Positions 17,915 to 28,239 of a DNA stretch of 64,000 nucleotides are shown piece after piece. The position numbers and the translations under genes were made by a program. Origin of the DNA: Deltaproteobacteria bacterium (GTDB lineage: Bacteria > Bdellovibrionota_B > Oligoflexia > Oligoflexales > Bog-1112); the NCBI GenBank assembly GCA_016186945.1, contig JACPKR010000032.1, forward strand, positions 10,198-74,197, in the 5' to 3' direction. A model generated the notes under the pieces. The model saw only the letters and a program-made list of their open reading frames with translations. It was not told the origin of the DNA and did not search any database. Every line of letters starts with the position of its first letter. Positions within the stretch are counted from its first letter, which is position 1.

Positions 17915-19288
17915 CTACTCAGCTTGATTTTGTGCAAGATCTGTTTTCTCCGCATTATTCTTCATAAGTGTAAATGTGTTATCCAGAACGTCTCTATGGC
18001 GAAATTCAATTGAGCGAATGTAATGAGCAAGGGAAATCAAATCTCGATCTTCATTTATCCCAAGTCGTGAATTTACGAACTTTATGTCTCCGAAATTCTT
18101 AATAAGAATGGAACGAGAAATCGACTGATCATGAACTCCCACATAAATTTTGTAAACACCTGCGCTAAGTTGCGGAACCCCATCGGGAAAATCAAATGAC
18201 GCCATGACAAGAATGGGTCTGTCAGAAAATTCCTTGACGGGAAAGGGAGTTTTTAACTGCACGTTATTGCATCCCCCTATGCGCCGACCATCTTCTGAAT
18301 GAATGCCGATGCCAATGCTCACTTCACCTTCAAACAGGTGTGCATCCTGAACTTTCAAAGTCACTTCAATCTTAAATCCGCTCGCTACATCCAGAACGGA
18401 GCTTGTGGCACCATGTTGAAGGAGGAGAAACTGGCTCTCAACGCAAGGTTTAGGCGCTTGACTTCCTTTGCTCTCCTCAGCTTTTAACTTCCTGACCCGG
18501 AGTATTTCAGCTCGCTCTTCTTCAGGAAGTGAGTTGAGGTGCCTTTCGTCCATGATACGCGCATGGACATGCAAACCTTCTGCCACAGGACCGTCATATT
18601 GGATCTGTCCCTTTGACAACACAATAGCTCGCTCGCAGAAACTGCGCACAGCGTTCTCGTCGTGCGACACCAGGAGAATGGTAGTCCCCAACTCCTGCAA
18701 AGCGTGAACCCGTGCAAGGCATTTTCTGCTGAAGTTAGAATCTCCAACGGCAAGAACCTCATCGACGAGCAAAACGTCAGGGTGTATAGCAGTTGCGCAA
18801 GCAAAACCCAGTCGAGCGTACATTCCGCTACTGTAGTTTTTCAATGGCAACTCTATGAAATCCTTTAGCTCGGAAAATTCAATGATCTGATCGAGGCAAC
18901 GATCAATTTCAGCCTTATCCAAGCCCATGAGCGTGCATGAAAGATAGATGTTCTCAATCCCACTCAGCTCTCCATCGAAGCCTGCCCCCAATTCGATCAA
19001 GGGAGCGACCCGCCCCTTAAGTTCTACACTTGCACCGTCTGCTATGATGATCCCTGCAATAGCTTTCAAAAGTGTCGACTTACCGCACCCGTTATGACCA
19101 AGTAGGGCTACTGCCTCACCTTTCCGAACATCGAAAGAGATATCTTTGAGCGCCTCGACAATTTGCACGGAGTTATCTCGACGATATTTCTGCAAAATCC
19201 ATTCTTTAAAAGAAGTGTAGGCATACTTTGACACTCGATATCGAACGGAAAGATTCTTGATTTGAATTGAAAAAGGTTTTTTATCCAT
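17915..19288 (-). CDS. wzt: O-antigen/polysaccharide export ABC transporter ATP-binding protein with C-terminal carbohydrate-binding extension
   Basis: Walker A GHNGCGKST, signature YSSGMYARLGFA, Walker B LLVDEVLAVGD, plus a ~200-aa C-terminal domain as in Wzt/TagH. Confidence 0.88.
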   Translation of the reverse strand: MDKKPFSIQIKNLSVRYRVSKYAYTSFKEWILQKYRRDNSVQIVEALKDISFDVRKGEAVALLGHNGCGKSTLLKAIAGIIIADGASVELKGRVAPLIELGAGFDGELSGIENIYLSCTLMGLDKAEIDRCLDQIIEFSELKDFIELPLKNYSSGMYARLGFACATAIHPDVLLVDEVLAVGDSNFSRKCLARVHALQELGTTILLVSHDENAVRSFCERAIVLSKGQIQYDGPVAEGLHVHARIMDERHLNSLPEEERAEILRVRKLKAEESKGSQAPKPCVESQFLLLQHGATSSVLDVASGFKIEVTLKVQDAHLFEGEVSIGIGIHSEDGRRIGGCNNVQLKTPFPVKEFSDRPILVMASFDFPDGVPQLSAGVYKIYVGVHDQSISRSILIKNFGDIKFVNSRLGINEDRDLISLAHYIRSIEFRHRDVLDNTFTLMKNNAEKTDLAQNQAE

Positions 19289-19310
19289 GCCTAACCAACG
19301 ATGGTCTCTT

Positions 19311-20087
19311 TTAAAGTTTAAATGCGATCATTGCTCGTTTCTTTTGAAACACTGTCAAACCTAACGCCAGGCTTATTACAGCCAGCACACTGATGCTGAT
19401 CAAAAAATGGTAATGAAAAGCATCAAAACGAAAGATCGTCTGTCGGAACATCTCGACGAACTGTGTGAAAGGGTTGAGACCAATGATCATCCGAATAGAT
19501 TCGGGAATCATAGGATGCTGGCGATCATAAATGATCGGGGTGGCGTAGAATGCCAGCTGTATCAAAGGCTCCAGAACATGAGCGACATCCCTGAAGAAAA
19601 CATTCATGGTGGAAAGTACCAGTGAAAGGCCTGCCAAAAACAAAGCATAAAGAAATAAAACGACCGGTAGAAAAACCACAGTCCACGGGATCATCACACC
19701 CTTAAAAAGCACAAATATTGTGTAGGGGATGAGGGCTAGAACCAAATTAGTTAAGGCAGACCCCAAGGGGACCAGAGCAAAAACCCAAATGGGTGTTTTT
19801 ACTTTCATAAGGAGACCAGCATTATTGACAAACGATGAGGTGCCCCCCGTTAAAGAATGCGCCGTCATATTCCAAAACAAAATCCCCGAAAGAACAAAAA
19901 TGTCGTAATTTTCGATCCCTCTGATAAGGCGACTGAAGACAAGAGAAATGATAATCATGAAAAAAAGAGGGTTGAGCATGCTCCAAAGGTAACCAAGGAC
20001 CGAGCCTCTGTACTTAAGCTTCAGTTCTCTATGAACGAGCAATTTGAGGAGTAGCCATGGTTTTTTTTCAAGTCTCATTTGTTTCAC
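19311..20087 (-). CDS. wzm: ABC-2 type polysaccharide export permease
   Basis: 258 aa, 6 TM, ABC-2 pattern. It lies immediately upstream of wzt. Its start overlaps the rfbD stop by 4 nt. Confidence 0.85.
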   Translation of the reverse strand: MKQMRLEKKPWLLLKLLVHRELKLKYRGSVLGYLWSMLNPLFFMIIISLVFSRLIRGIENYDIFVLSGILFWNMTAHSLTGGTSSFVNNAGLLMKVKTPIWVFALVPLGSALTNLVLALIPYTIFVLFKGVMIPWTVVFLPVVLFLYALFLAGLSLVLSTMNVFFRDVAHVLEPLIQLAFYATPIIYDRQHPMIPESIRMIIGLNPFTQFVEMFRQTIFRFDAFHYHFLISISVLAVISLALGLTVFQKKRAMIAFKL

Positions 20088-21061
20088 CCGCCTTCAGAGT
20101 CCTTTAAAGCAGAACTCATGCCGCAAAGTTCGCTCATGACGGGCCACAAGGCGTCTTCCCAGGGAAGGAGCCTGACACCGAAATGCTCCTCCAGGCGATC
20201 ACAGCACAGACGAGAATTCAAGGGTCGGCGTGCTGGTGTTGGGTATTGAGCGGTGGCAATAGGTTCGACGCGTTCTACCATGAGTTCAATTCCCAGTTCT
20301 TTGCAGTTTCTGAAAATCTTGTTTGCAAAATCTGCCCAACTTGTTTCCCCGCCACAGGCAGCGTGATAAACCCCGGAATGGAGTTGGGAGAAAGCTTCGC
20401 GATCCGAAAGATAAACTGACACAACGGAATTGATAGCTTTGTTAAGCTCAGCAACCGAGGTCGGCGCACCTATCTGGTCCGACACGACGCGAAGTTCCCT
20501 CTTTGTTTTTCCCAAGCGTATCATAGTTTTTACGAAGTTGCCTCCCACCGGGCTGAAAACCCAGGAGGTGCGAAGGATCACATAACGTCCTCCGACGGTT
20601 TCGACTTTTCTCTCACCGAGACGTTTGCTCACGCCATACTGGTTGAGCGGTTGTGGACTCTCGGTTTCTTTGCGTGGGGTTTCACCCGAGCCGTCAAACA
20701 CATAGTCTGTAGAGATATGAATGAGAAGGGCGTTCAGGACTGCCGCTTCTTCCGCAAGAACACTCGGAACTTCCGCATTCAATTCGTGACATAATTCCCT
20801 CTGCTCCTCGGCTGCATCAACAGCGGTAAAAGCTGCACAGTTGATGATGATTTCAGGCTTGATCTTTTGGATGAGTGATCGCAAGGAGCTTTTGTCCGTC
20901 AGGTCCAGTTGAAAGACAGGGGCACCTTCCACCTTCCAATCTTTTTCAATACATGTGCCAAACAGTTCAGCTTTTCCGACCCACGAGCGAAATACTTCCT
21001 GCCCCAACTGACCGCTTATTCCGGTTACGAAAATACGAGGGTTTAGAGAAGGCTTGGTCAT
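20084..21061 (-). CDS. rfbD: dTDP-4-dehydrorhamnose reductase
   Basis: N-terminal IFVTGISGQLG Rossmann motif, ISTDYVFDG, and RmlD-like length, in an rfb context. Confidence 0.88.
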   Translation of the reverse strand: MTKPSLNPRIFVTGISGQLGQEVFRSWVGKAELFGTCIEKDWKVEGAPVFQLDLTDKSSLRSLIQKIKPEIIINCAAFTAVDAAEEQRELCHELNAEVPSVLAEEAAVLNALLIHISTDYVFDGSGETPRKETESPQPLNQYGVSKRLGERKVETVGGRYVILRTSWVFSPVGGNFVKTMIRLGKTKRELRVVSDQIGAPTSVAELNKAINSVVSVYLSDREAFSQLHSGVYHAACGGETSWADFANKIFRNCKELGIELMVERVEPIATAQYPTPARRPLNSRLCCDRLEEHFGVRLLPWEDALWPVMSELCGMSSALKDSEGG

Positions 21062-21083
21062 CCTTGGACTCCGTTGTTTTTCC

Positions 21084-21647
21084 TTAGCTTCCCACTTGAT
21101 AAGCAGGCAATAACTGTGTCGACAATTCCTTCAGAGTTTTTCCTCGACGGTCTTTTTCTGCAAGTTGCGGATCAGAAATGGGCCATTCAATCCCCAATTC
21201 AGGGTCGCACCAAAGGAGGCTGTGTTCAAATTCCGGTCGGTAGTAGTCGGTGCATTTGTATGTAAAAAGGGCGGTTTCGCTTGTCACGCAAAAGCCATGA
21301 GCAAAGCCTGGGGGAACATACAATTGCCGTTTGTTATCTCCCGAAAGAATCACCGCCACGCTTTTACCAAAAGTCGGCGAGCCTCTTCTGATGTCGACTG
21401 TAACGTCATGAACTTCACCCTGCAGGACACAGATGAATTTCCCCTGCCCGTGCGGTTCCTGAAAATGTAGTCCGCGCAAGACCCCTCGTCGGGAAAAAGA
21501 AAGGTTGTCCTGAACAAAATTTGTGGTAAATCCAGCCTCTCGGTAACGCTTCTCGTTCCAGGTTTCGAGAAAAAAACCGCGATTGTCGCCAAATATTTTT
21601 GGTTCGAATACCAGGAGTTCTGGCAATTCGAGTGTATAGCTTTTCAC
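21084..21647 (-). CDS. rfbC: dTDP-4-dehydrorhamnose 3,5-epimerase
   Basis: FGDNRGFFLETW, RGLHFQ, PPGFAHGFCV; 187 aa. Typical RmlC. Confidence 0.93.
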   Translation of the reverse strand: MKSYTLELPELLVFEPKIFGDNRGFFLETWNEKRYREAGFTTNFVQDNLSFSRRGVLRGLHFQEPHGQGKFICVLQGEVHDVTVDIRRGSPTFGKSVAVILSGDNKRQLYVPPGFAHGFCVTSETALFTYKCTDYYRPEFEHSLLWCDPELGIEWPISDPQLAEKDRRGKTLKELSTQLLPAYQVGS

Positions 21648-21689
21648 CGATTGGCTCCATGTGTGAACTTATAGGATACCCGTTTCTTG

Positions 21690-21833
21690 GGTAATGCGTA
21701 AGCCACTTGGGGCAAGGAGGTGGTTTGGAGGAAACTGCGCAGCTGGTTCCTCCAAGAAATCCGGGGGAGGCGACGCTTCACTCGCCCCCCCAAACCCCCC
21801 TCTCCCTATTTGCCCCAAGTAGCTTACGCATTA
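21690..21833 (+). mobile_element. MITE-like element, reference full copy (144 bp) with 9-bp TSD GTTTCTTGG, inserted between rfbA and rfbC
   Basis: GTAATGCGTAAGCCACTTGGGGCAA-GGAGGTGGTTTGGAGGAAACTGCGCAGCTGGTTCCTCCAAGAAATCCGGGGGAGGCGACGCTTCACTCGCCCCCCCAAACCCCCCTCTCCCTA-TTTGCCCCAAGTAGCTTACGCATTAC. GTTTCTTGG is present on both flanks. Confidence 0.88.
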
Positions 21834-22730
21834 CGTTTCTTGGCTCTCTAAAAAGCAGGGTCCTGTTGTTAGCAAATCCTGCAGGTACTGCCCGTACTCG
21901 CTTTTAGATAAAGGATGCGCAAGTTCGAGCAATTGTTCGTTTGAAATATACCCTAAGCGCCAGGAGATTTCTTCGGGGCAGCCGATTTTCAACCCTTGCC
22001 GTTTTTCGACAGCATGGATGAAGTTGGTGGCATGGATCATGGATTCATGCGTTCCCGTGTCAAGCCAGGCGGAACCGCGCCCCAGTAGCTCAACGGTCAG
22101 CTTTTCCCGCCGGAGATACTCGTTATTCACAGCCGTGATTTCAAGCTCTCCACGCGCGGACGGTTTGACTTCTTTTGCGATCTCAACCACATCATTGTCG
22201 TAAAAATAAAGTCCCACCACAGCATAGTTGGACTTAGCTTTTCTCGGCTTCTCCTCGATCGACAGAACCTTGCCGGTCTTGTCGAACTCAACGACCCCAT
22301 ACCGCTCGGGGTCACTGACATAATATCCGAAAATCGTAGCTCCCTTACGCTGAGAGGTTCTCTTAAGTGACTTTTGCAGGCCATGTGAATAGAAAATGTT
22401 ATCCCCCAGGATGAGGCAGACCGCATCATTTCCGATAAATGTTTCGCCAATTATCATCGCCTGAGCAAGCCCTTCCGGTCTTGGCTGAACGGCATAGGAA
22501 AACTGGACACCCCATTTCTGGCCGTCCCCGAGCAGGCGTTGATAGAGGGCTAGATCGTCGGGTGTGCTGATAATCAAGATTTCCCTGATACCTGCCAGCA
22601 TGAGAACAGACAAGGGGTAATAGATCATGGGCTTGTCCCCGATGGGAAGCATTTGCTTGCTCACGCCGAGCGTAAGCGGATAGAGGCGCGTTCCAGATCC
22701 TCCCGCCAACACTATGCCTTTACGGTTCAC
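21831..22730 (-). CDS. rfbA: Glucose-1-phosphate thymidylyltransferase
   Basis: (M)[39 protein letters not shown] is the classic RmlA N-terminus. A GTG start at ~22730 overlaps the rfbB stop (GTGAACCGTAA) with a purine-rich AGGGAAGGGAAG upstream. The ORF-track version (to 22943) is over-extended. Confidence 0.9.
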   Translation of the reverse strand: MNRKGIVLAGGSGTRLYPLTLGVSKQMLPIGDKPMIYYPLSVLMLAGIREILIISTPDDLALYQRLLGDGQKWGVQFSYAVQPRPEGLAQAMIIGETFIGNDAVCLILGDNIFYSHGLQKSLKRTSQRKGATIFGYYVSDPERYGVVEFDKTGKVLSIEEKPRKAKSNYAVVGLYFYDNDVVEIAKEVKPSARGELEITAVNNEYLRREKLTVELLGRGSAWLDTGTHESMIHATNFIHAVEKRQGLKIGCPEEISWRLGYISNEQLLELAHPLSKSEYGQYLQDLLTTGPCFLESQET

Positions 22731-23802
22731 CGGACTTCCCTTCCCTGTGGATTCCCAATCGTTCGCGGCGGTATGATCCGTCCTGAACTCGTTGGCACCA
22801 CCTATCTTGTTGTTCGACATACCAGGCGACTGTTTTGAAAATACCTGACTCGAAATTCTCCTGTGGACTCCAACCCAGCTCATATTGCAGCCGAGTTGCA
22901 TCAATGGCATAGCGCCTGTCATGCCCCGGTCTGTCTTGCACAAACTCGATCAGTTTTCTTCTAGGACCGATTCTCTCATCGGGAACCAGCTTGTCAAGCA
23001 CTTCGCAGATGCTGGTCACGACTTCCAAATTCGTCTTTTCGTTATTTCCGCCGACATTGTAGGTACGCCCTGATTGTCCTTTTTCAAAAACAGTCAACAA
23101 GGCCCGTGCATGATCGTCCACATAAAGCCAGTCGCGAACGTTTTGACCATCTCCGTATACAGGGAGTTTCTTTCCCTCAAGGGCGTTGAGTGTCACCAAG
23201 GGGATGAGTTTTTCGGGAAACTGGAAGGGTCCGTAATTGTTCGAGCAGTTCGTGATCAGTGTCGAAATCTTGTAGGTATGGCCCCAGGCGCTGACGAGAT
23301 GGTCGGAGGACGCTTTGCTTGCTGAGTAAGGCGAACGTGGATCGTAAGGCGTTGTTTCTGTAAAAAATCCATCCTCGGCAAGGGATCCGAATACCTCATC
23401 AGTCGAAACATGGTGGAAGCGAAACCGTTGCCTCTGGCTTGATTCAAGGGTGGCTAGGTAGGAACGGGCAGTTTCTAGTAGGCTAAACGTTCCGACGACG
23501 TTGGTCTGAAGGAAGTCGCCGGGGGCATCAATGGAGCGGTCCACGTGCGATTCTGCTGCCAAATGGATCACGCCGCTTGGCCTGTACGTGTCAAAAATCC
23601 TCTTCATCTCCTGGCGGTCGCAGATGTCCACATGCTCGAAATGGTAGAGAGGATGGGCTGACACCGCCTCCAAGGATTCCAGGTTCCCAGCGTAGGTAAG
23701 CTTGTCAACATTTACGACGGTGATGTCATCGCGTTCCCGAAGAATCAGGCGGATCAAGGCCGATCCTATGAATCCAGCTCCGCCAGTGATAATCAATGTC
23801 AT
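22720..23802 (-). CDS. rfbB: dTDP-glucose 4,6-dehydratase
   Basis: [29 protein letters not shown]. Full-length RmlB pattern. Confidence 0.93.
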   Translation of the reverse strand: MTLIITGGAGFIGSALIRLILRERDDITVVNVDKLTYAGNLESLEAVSAHPLYHFEHVDICDRQEMKRIFDTYRPSGVIHLAAESHVDRSIDAPGDFLQTNVVGTFSLLETARSYLATLESSQRQRFRFHHVSTDEVFGSLAEDGFFTETTPYDPRSPYSASKASSDHLVSAWGHTYKISTLITNCSNNYGPFQFPEKLIPLVTLNALEGKKLPVYGDGQNVRDWLYVDDHARALLTVFEKGQSGRTYNVGGNNEKTNLEVVTSICEVLDKLVPDERIGPRRKLIEFVQDRPGHDRRYAIDATRLQYELGWSPQENFESGIFKTVAWYVEQQDRWCQRVQDGSYRRERLGIHREGKSGEP

Positions 23803-23814
23803 GAAGGAATCCTA

Positions 23815-23943
23815 GTTAGTGGCAAGGAGGTGGTTTGGAGGAAACTGCGCAGCTGGTTCCTCCAAGAAATCCCCTGGGGAGGCGACTCTTCCCTCGCGCC
23901 CCCAACAAACCCACCTCTCCCTTTTTGCCACAAACAGCTCACG
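23815..23943 (+). repeat. Degenerate MITE copy (sub-family with right end TTGCCACAAACAGCTCACG) in the divergent rfbB / glycosyltransferase intergenic region
   Basis: The core GGCAAGGAGGTGGTTTGGAGGAAACTGCGCAGCTGGTTCCTCCAAGAAATCC is conserved. Both ends have diverged. Confidence 0.75.
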
Positions 23944-23944
23944 T

Positions 23945-25924
23945 ATGACTACCCCAGAAATATTTCCGATGCAACCGCCACATCTTTATGCCATACTCAC
24001 ATATCGCCGTCATCGCTGGGATCTTCAAGGAGACATGGAAATTTATTCGGATCTCTTTCGTAATCAAACGATCAACGAACTTTTTCATAAAGTCCCTTGG
24101 TGTCTGACTGGCACTTTGCAGCAGCCTGCCATGCTCCAGCGCACGCTGCTTGGTGAAAACGCACGTTTTTCATCGATGGAGCGGTCTCTCACCTTCTCGA
24201 TCGTCACACCTACATGGAATACAAAAGTCATATTCATCCGCGACTTGATCGATTCTTGCCTCTTGCAAAGTTGGCCTTTTTGGGAGTTGGTCCTGATCGA
24301 CAATGGCAGTACAGAGACGGCGCATATTGAACATATCAAGCAACGTGCGTGCAAAGACTCACGGATAAGGCTGGTAGAGAATAAGGCAAATTTGGGAATC
24401 GGTGGCGGGCGCAACGCAGGCATTGCCCATTCGCGGGGCGACGTCGTGTGTTTCCTTGACCATGACGATGTGATTCATCCGCAGTCGCTTGGAATTTTTG
24501 CCCGTCAATTTCTGACGTGCGAAGAGACGAATTTCATCTATACAAACGAAGTCAAGTTGACTGAAGATGCGTCTGCGATTGCTGACTTTTTTTGTAAGCC
24601 AGATTTTAGCCTCGCAGGGTTACGTCGAACCAATTACCTCTGCCATTTCGTGGGCATCCGTCGTTCCTTTCTTGACAACGTTAAAACGCCCGATGGAATG
24701 TGGTTCAAGCCAGAATTTGATGGGTGCGAAGATCATGACCTTTTTCTTCGTTTAGCGGTCAGTCAAGGATTCAGTCCGGTGCATGTTCCCGTTTTTGCCT
24801 ATTTCTGGAGGATATGCCGGGGCAGTACCGCATCAGCTGTCAGTGAGAAGCCTTACGTTTATGATCGCGCGTTCAAAATGCTCAAACACCATCTGGAGCA
24901 GCTTGGACTCGATGCAACGCAGATTGAAACCAAGCCCACATCCGCTTACCCAAGGCAGTTGTACAGTCTTCGCTTTCAACCCCGGAAAAAGGAAAAGGTG
25001 TCCGTAGTGATTCCTTTCCGAGACCGCTCGGATCTGACTGAACGCTGCTTGCGTGGACTGGCGAAACAGTCTTACCGTGCCCAATGCGATATTATACTCA
25101 TCAACAACCGCTCGGAGCAGGCCGCTACTGCCTCAGCAATGAAAAGGTTGATGGAGACGTACGCTCCTTCTTTCTCAACACTTCGCGTCGAATCATTTGA
25201 CGGACCCTTCAACTATGGAAAAATCCATAATTGGGCGATGGCGAACTTTGTCTCCAATCCTTACATACTGCTTCTGAATAACGATGTTGAATTGATCGAC
25301 ACGGATGCTGTAGGTGCCATGCTCGGTGAACTGGAAGCCCACAGCACAATTGGCTTCGTGGGTATTCGGCTCATGTATCCATCGCCTCCGAAAGTTCAAC
25401 ACGGTGGCATCAAAATCAGGTTGGAACACAAGAATCTCGGTATATTTCACCCCACTCACGTCAAGGATGACAACGACGAACTTCCTTATGACGAACGCAC
25501 CGCGCCTGCGGTAAGCTTTGCATGTGTGATGACAAGGAGACAGGTTCTAAGCGAATTGGGAGAACTCGACGAACTCTCCTTTCCTAACGGATTTGGAGAT
25601 GTCGACATGTGTCTGCGAGCGCATCAGAAAGGTTTCGAGTGCTTTTATCTCGGCACCGTTGCCGGGTATCATTATGAATCAGCGACGCGCGAGTGTTGCG
25701 ATGAATCCTTGGAGCAAGTTTATCTTTCCGACGCTTACGCAGCAAGCTTGTCGAACCTGAGCGTGCGAACCTTCTCTCACGATCACAACAAGACGATTGA
25801 TGATGCATTAGGGGACGGACGATTTTACCTTCCCCTTCGCTACAGGGTGGCGGATAACGTCAATAGCATTGCTAAAAAATTACTGGGGCCCGTTCATAGA
25901 TTTGCAAAAATTTTGCTAACATGA
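23945..25924 (+). CDS. Bifunctional family-2 glycosyltransferase (two GT2 domains)
   Basis: ORF 23819..25924 trimmed: the first 42 codons are MITE read-through from a GTG. ATG 23945 gives MTTPEIF. GT-A modules are FSIVTPTWNTKVIFIRDLIDSCLLQSWPFWELVLIDNGS and VSVVIPFRDRSDLTERCLRGLAKQSYRAQCDIILINNRSE. Confidence 0.8.
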   Translation: MTTPEIFPMQPPHLYAILTYRRHRWDLQGDMEIYSDLFRNQTINELFHKVPWCLTGTLQQPAMLQRTLLGENARFSSMERSLTFSIVTPTWNTKVIFIRDLIDSCLLQSWPFWELVLIDNGSTETAHIEHIKQRACKDSRIRLVENKANLGIGGGRNAGIAHSRGDVVCFLDHDDVIHPQSLGIFARQFLTCEETNFIYTNEVKLTEDASAIADFFCKPDFSLAGLRRTNYLCHFVGIRRSFLDNVKTPDGMWFKPEFDGCEDHDLFLRLAVSQGFSPVHVPVFAYFWRICRGSTASAVSEKPYVYDRAFKMLKHHLEQLGLDATQIETKPTSAYPRQLYSLRFQPRKKEKVSVVIPFRDRSDLTERCLRGLAKQSYRAQCDIILINNRSEQAATASAMKRLMETYAPSFSTLRVESFDGPFNYGKIHNWAMANFVSNPYILLLNNDVELIDTDAVGAMLGELEAHSTIGFVGIRLMYPSPPKVQHGGIKIRLEHKNLGIFHPTHVKDDNDELPYDERTAPAVSFACVMTRRQVLSELGELDELSFPNGFGDVDMCLRAHQKGFECFYLGTVAGYHYESATRECCDESLEQVYLSDAYAASLSNLSVRTFSHDHNKTIDDALGDGRFYLPLRYRVADNVNSIAKKLLGPVHRFAKILLT

Positions 25925-28206
25925 TGTCCAAGTTCAATCGGTTTTTAAGTTTTGTGTTCCTTGCCAGTGCCTGCATACCGCCAGGAGTTATTTTCTATAC
26001 TCTTCGTCAGCCAGGCATTAACGAGAATGTTGAAAGGTTACCCTTAGACCATCCTCAGCAGCTCTATGCAGTGGGATTTGAACCTAAGCAGGATGGGAAA
26101 GCTGAGTACTACAGTTTAGCTCTTAAGTCGGATCACCCTTTCGATACGAGTAAGCTGGGCAAGATCTCCTTTCAAGTCGGCACCTTTCATTCAACTCCAA
26201 GAATTGAACATTCGCAGCTTGTGATGAACTCAGGTCTTTGTGTTTTCGAGGGACCAAGTAAAGATGACCTTGAAGATAACGCCTGGGTGAGCTTTGTGAA
26301 AAGCGAGGCGTGTGAGCAAACGGACTCTTCTCCCGCATCGCTTGAAATCCGGTTTTACACCAAACAGCCGACTTCGTTAGCCCTTTGGAGCGTTGTGGAC
26401 CCCTTGCCAGAAGTGCCCCGATGGCAGTTCGAGCACGTTGACACAAAGCAAGCAGTGTGGCCCATGTTAGCGTTGTCCTTTGCGACTGGACATGAGGAAA
26501 GATCGAAGTGGCAGCTTTTGAACGTCATGTGGGGGTTTCCTCATGGCTCCCCTATTCTGTCCTGGCTTGCTATTTTGTCGTTTTGTTTCTACCTGGTCTT
26601 CGTCAGTGGCTTTGGCTTTTTGGTGTGGACAGGCCGAAACCTTTTCCCTCTGCCGATCGCTGTTTCTGGCTTTTTCTTAAGTATAGGATTGCTTTATTGT
26701 TTCGTTTTTCCTCCCTTTCAGGCGCCCGACGAGCCTGATCACTTTCTGGGATTTCTAAGAGACCAGGGTATTTCTGATGCCGAGCCGCAATCGCTTGCCC
26801 TGGCTTCCAAGGGGCATTTTGCGAGGATCAGGCAAAATCCAGAGCAACGTTTTGCGGTAGGCGATGCGTTCACCCCAGGCCAAATGGAGTGGGGCAACAG
26901 AGATGTCACTGAGATTGCAGAAACTGCTATGCACGATCGAGCGCCAGTAACGCAGGCGTATTGGAGTCTATGGGGCTACGTGAGCAGCTCCTTCAAGGAC
27001 AATGTGAGCGTCCAGTTAATGAGCTTGCGACTCTTGAACATATTCCTGGTTACCCTCTCATTCTTTTTATTTCTATTTGCATCAGCAAAATATCTGGGAT
27101 CTTCGAATGTTTTGGCTCTTGTTTTTCTCAACTTCATGTCATCCTTGAGTGTTCCGTTTTTCGCGATGGGAGTTTCCAATTACCCTTCGATGATCGCGAC
27201 TTTTTTTCTTTGTCTGGCCTCGATTTTTTGTGAAGCTCGGAAGTCGCTAAGTAGAGTTCTCTTGTCTTTTGTTTTCGGGATTAACATAGCCTTACACTTG
27301 GGATGCGGTCGAACGGCAGTTTTTACGGTTCCTTTCCTGCTTGGCGCGTTTGTATGGGTGAGGGCGAAACAGATCCAGAAGCTTGTTCAACTCAACGAAC
27401 TGATTGTCCAGATTATCTTTCTGCTTGCTAGTGTCTATTCCACCCTCCATCTTGTAGGTTTCCCATCAGGTCCACTCTTCCATTCATTTTTGTCATCTTT
27501 CTTCCCTTCCTTGTTTCCGTCCGGCGCGGATCCCATCGGATGGTTTTCGTTCGCAGCAAGTGTTTTCTTGTTGCTCGTTGGCGCTTCATCGTACGGATTG
27601 AGACGGCTTGTATTCTCCGGCGGGCAGAGCTTTGCAAAGTATGCCTTGCTGGGTTTGGGAGCCTCCGTTTTCCTTTTGCCTTTTTTTTCGTTGAATTTTG
27701 CAATGCCAAACATTGAACTTGGTCGCTCGCTGACTATGTTTGAATATGCGTGGCGTGCTGTGATGGTATTTTTTCTTGGACCGTCACCGTGGGCGAGTGA
27801 CTTCTATGTGCTAAGGACATTCTGGGTTGGCTTCGGTTGGTTGGATGTTCCTGTTGCCGAACATGTATTTCGTCTGATGAAGTTTCTTCCTTTTGGGGGA
27901 CTGTTTGCGTTGGCCTTCTGTGGCAAGGATCGTGTGGAGGCTCTTAGCGGAGTTCTATTTTTTGCTTTTTTAATTGCTGTTGGACTCATGGTGCTTAGTC
28001 TAGCCAATCATTTTGTAGCGATCAACCTTCACGGACGCTATCTACTGACGACCTACCTAGCTGCGCTCAGTATACCCTTCTTTTTCAACTACACCCGGGC
28101 CAAACCCCGGGGAACTTTGATAATTTCCTCGACTGTTCAAGCTGTACTGATCTTGTATATGTTGAAGGTCACAGCTCTCGCTATTATAGAACGCTATCTG
28201 GGATAA
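25921..28206 (+). CDS. Large polytopic membrane protein of the O-antigen locus (761 aa; GT-C/DUF2142-like guess)
   Basis: ATGA start/stop overlap with the preceding glycosyltransferase. N-terminal soluble ~200 aa, then >=12 TM helices. Family assignment is tentative. Confidence 0.6.
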   Translation: MMSKFNRFLSFVFLASACIPPGVIFYTLRQPGINENVERLPLDHPQQLYAVGFEPKQDGKAEYYSLALKSDHPFDTSKLGKISFQVGTFHSTPRIEHSQLVMNSGLCVFEGPSKDDLEDNAWVSFVKSEACEQTDSSPASLEIRFYTKQPTSLALWSVVDPLPEVPRWQFEHVDTKQAVWPMLALSFATGHEERSKWQLLNVMWGFPHGSPILSWLAILSFCFYLVFVSGFGFLVWTGRNLFPLPIAVSGFFLSIGLLYCFVFPPFQAPDEPDHFLGFLRDQGISDAEPQSLALASKGHFARIRQNPEQRFAVGDAFTPGQMEWGNRDVTEIAETAMHDRAPVTQAYWSLWGYVSSSFKDNVSVQLMSLRLLNIFLVTLSFFLFLFASAKYLGSSNVLALVFLNFMSSLSVPFFAMGVSNYPSMIATFFLCLASIFCEARKSLSRVLLSFVFGINIALHLGCGRTAVFTVPFLLGAFVWVRAKQIQKLVQLNELIVQIIFLLASVYSTLHLVGFPSGPLFHSFLSSFFPSLFPSGADPIGWFSFAASVFLLLVGASSYGLRRLVFSGGQSFAKYALLGLGASVFLLPFFSLNFAMPNIELGRSLTMFEYAWRAVMVFFLGPSPWASDFYVLRTFWVGFGWLDVPVAEHVFRLMKFLPFGGLFALAFCGKDRVEALSGVLFFAFLIAVGLMVLSLANHFVAINLHGRYLLTTYLAALSIPFFFNYTRAKPRGTLIISSTVQAVLILYMLKVTALAIIERYLG

Positions 28207-28239
28207 TTTGATGAATATCCAGTTCTGTTAAAAAAACCG

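Noticed and set aside
21700-21965. An apparent 1-nt disagreement between my hand indexing/translation and ORF-track coordinates around 21.70-21.96 kb. This initially suggested a frameshift in the 3' part of rfbA.
   Set aside because: The most likely cause is my own miscounting of homopolymer runs (GGG/CCC). The ORF track gives a continuous RmlA frame. I kept the track coordinates and flag +/-3 nt uncertainty on hand-derived positions.
22731-22943. N-terminal 71-codon extension of rfbA in the ORF track, overlapping rfbB by >200 nt.
   Set aside because: The canonical RmlA N-terminus (M)[15 protein letters not shown] begins at an in-frame GTG that overlaps the rfbB stop and has a purine-rich SD. 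The extension has no RmlA counterpart.
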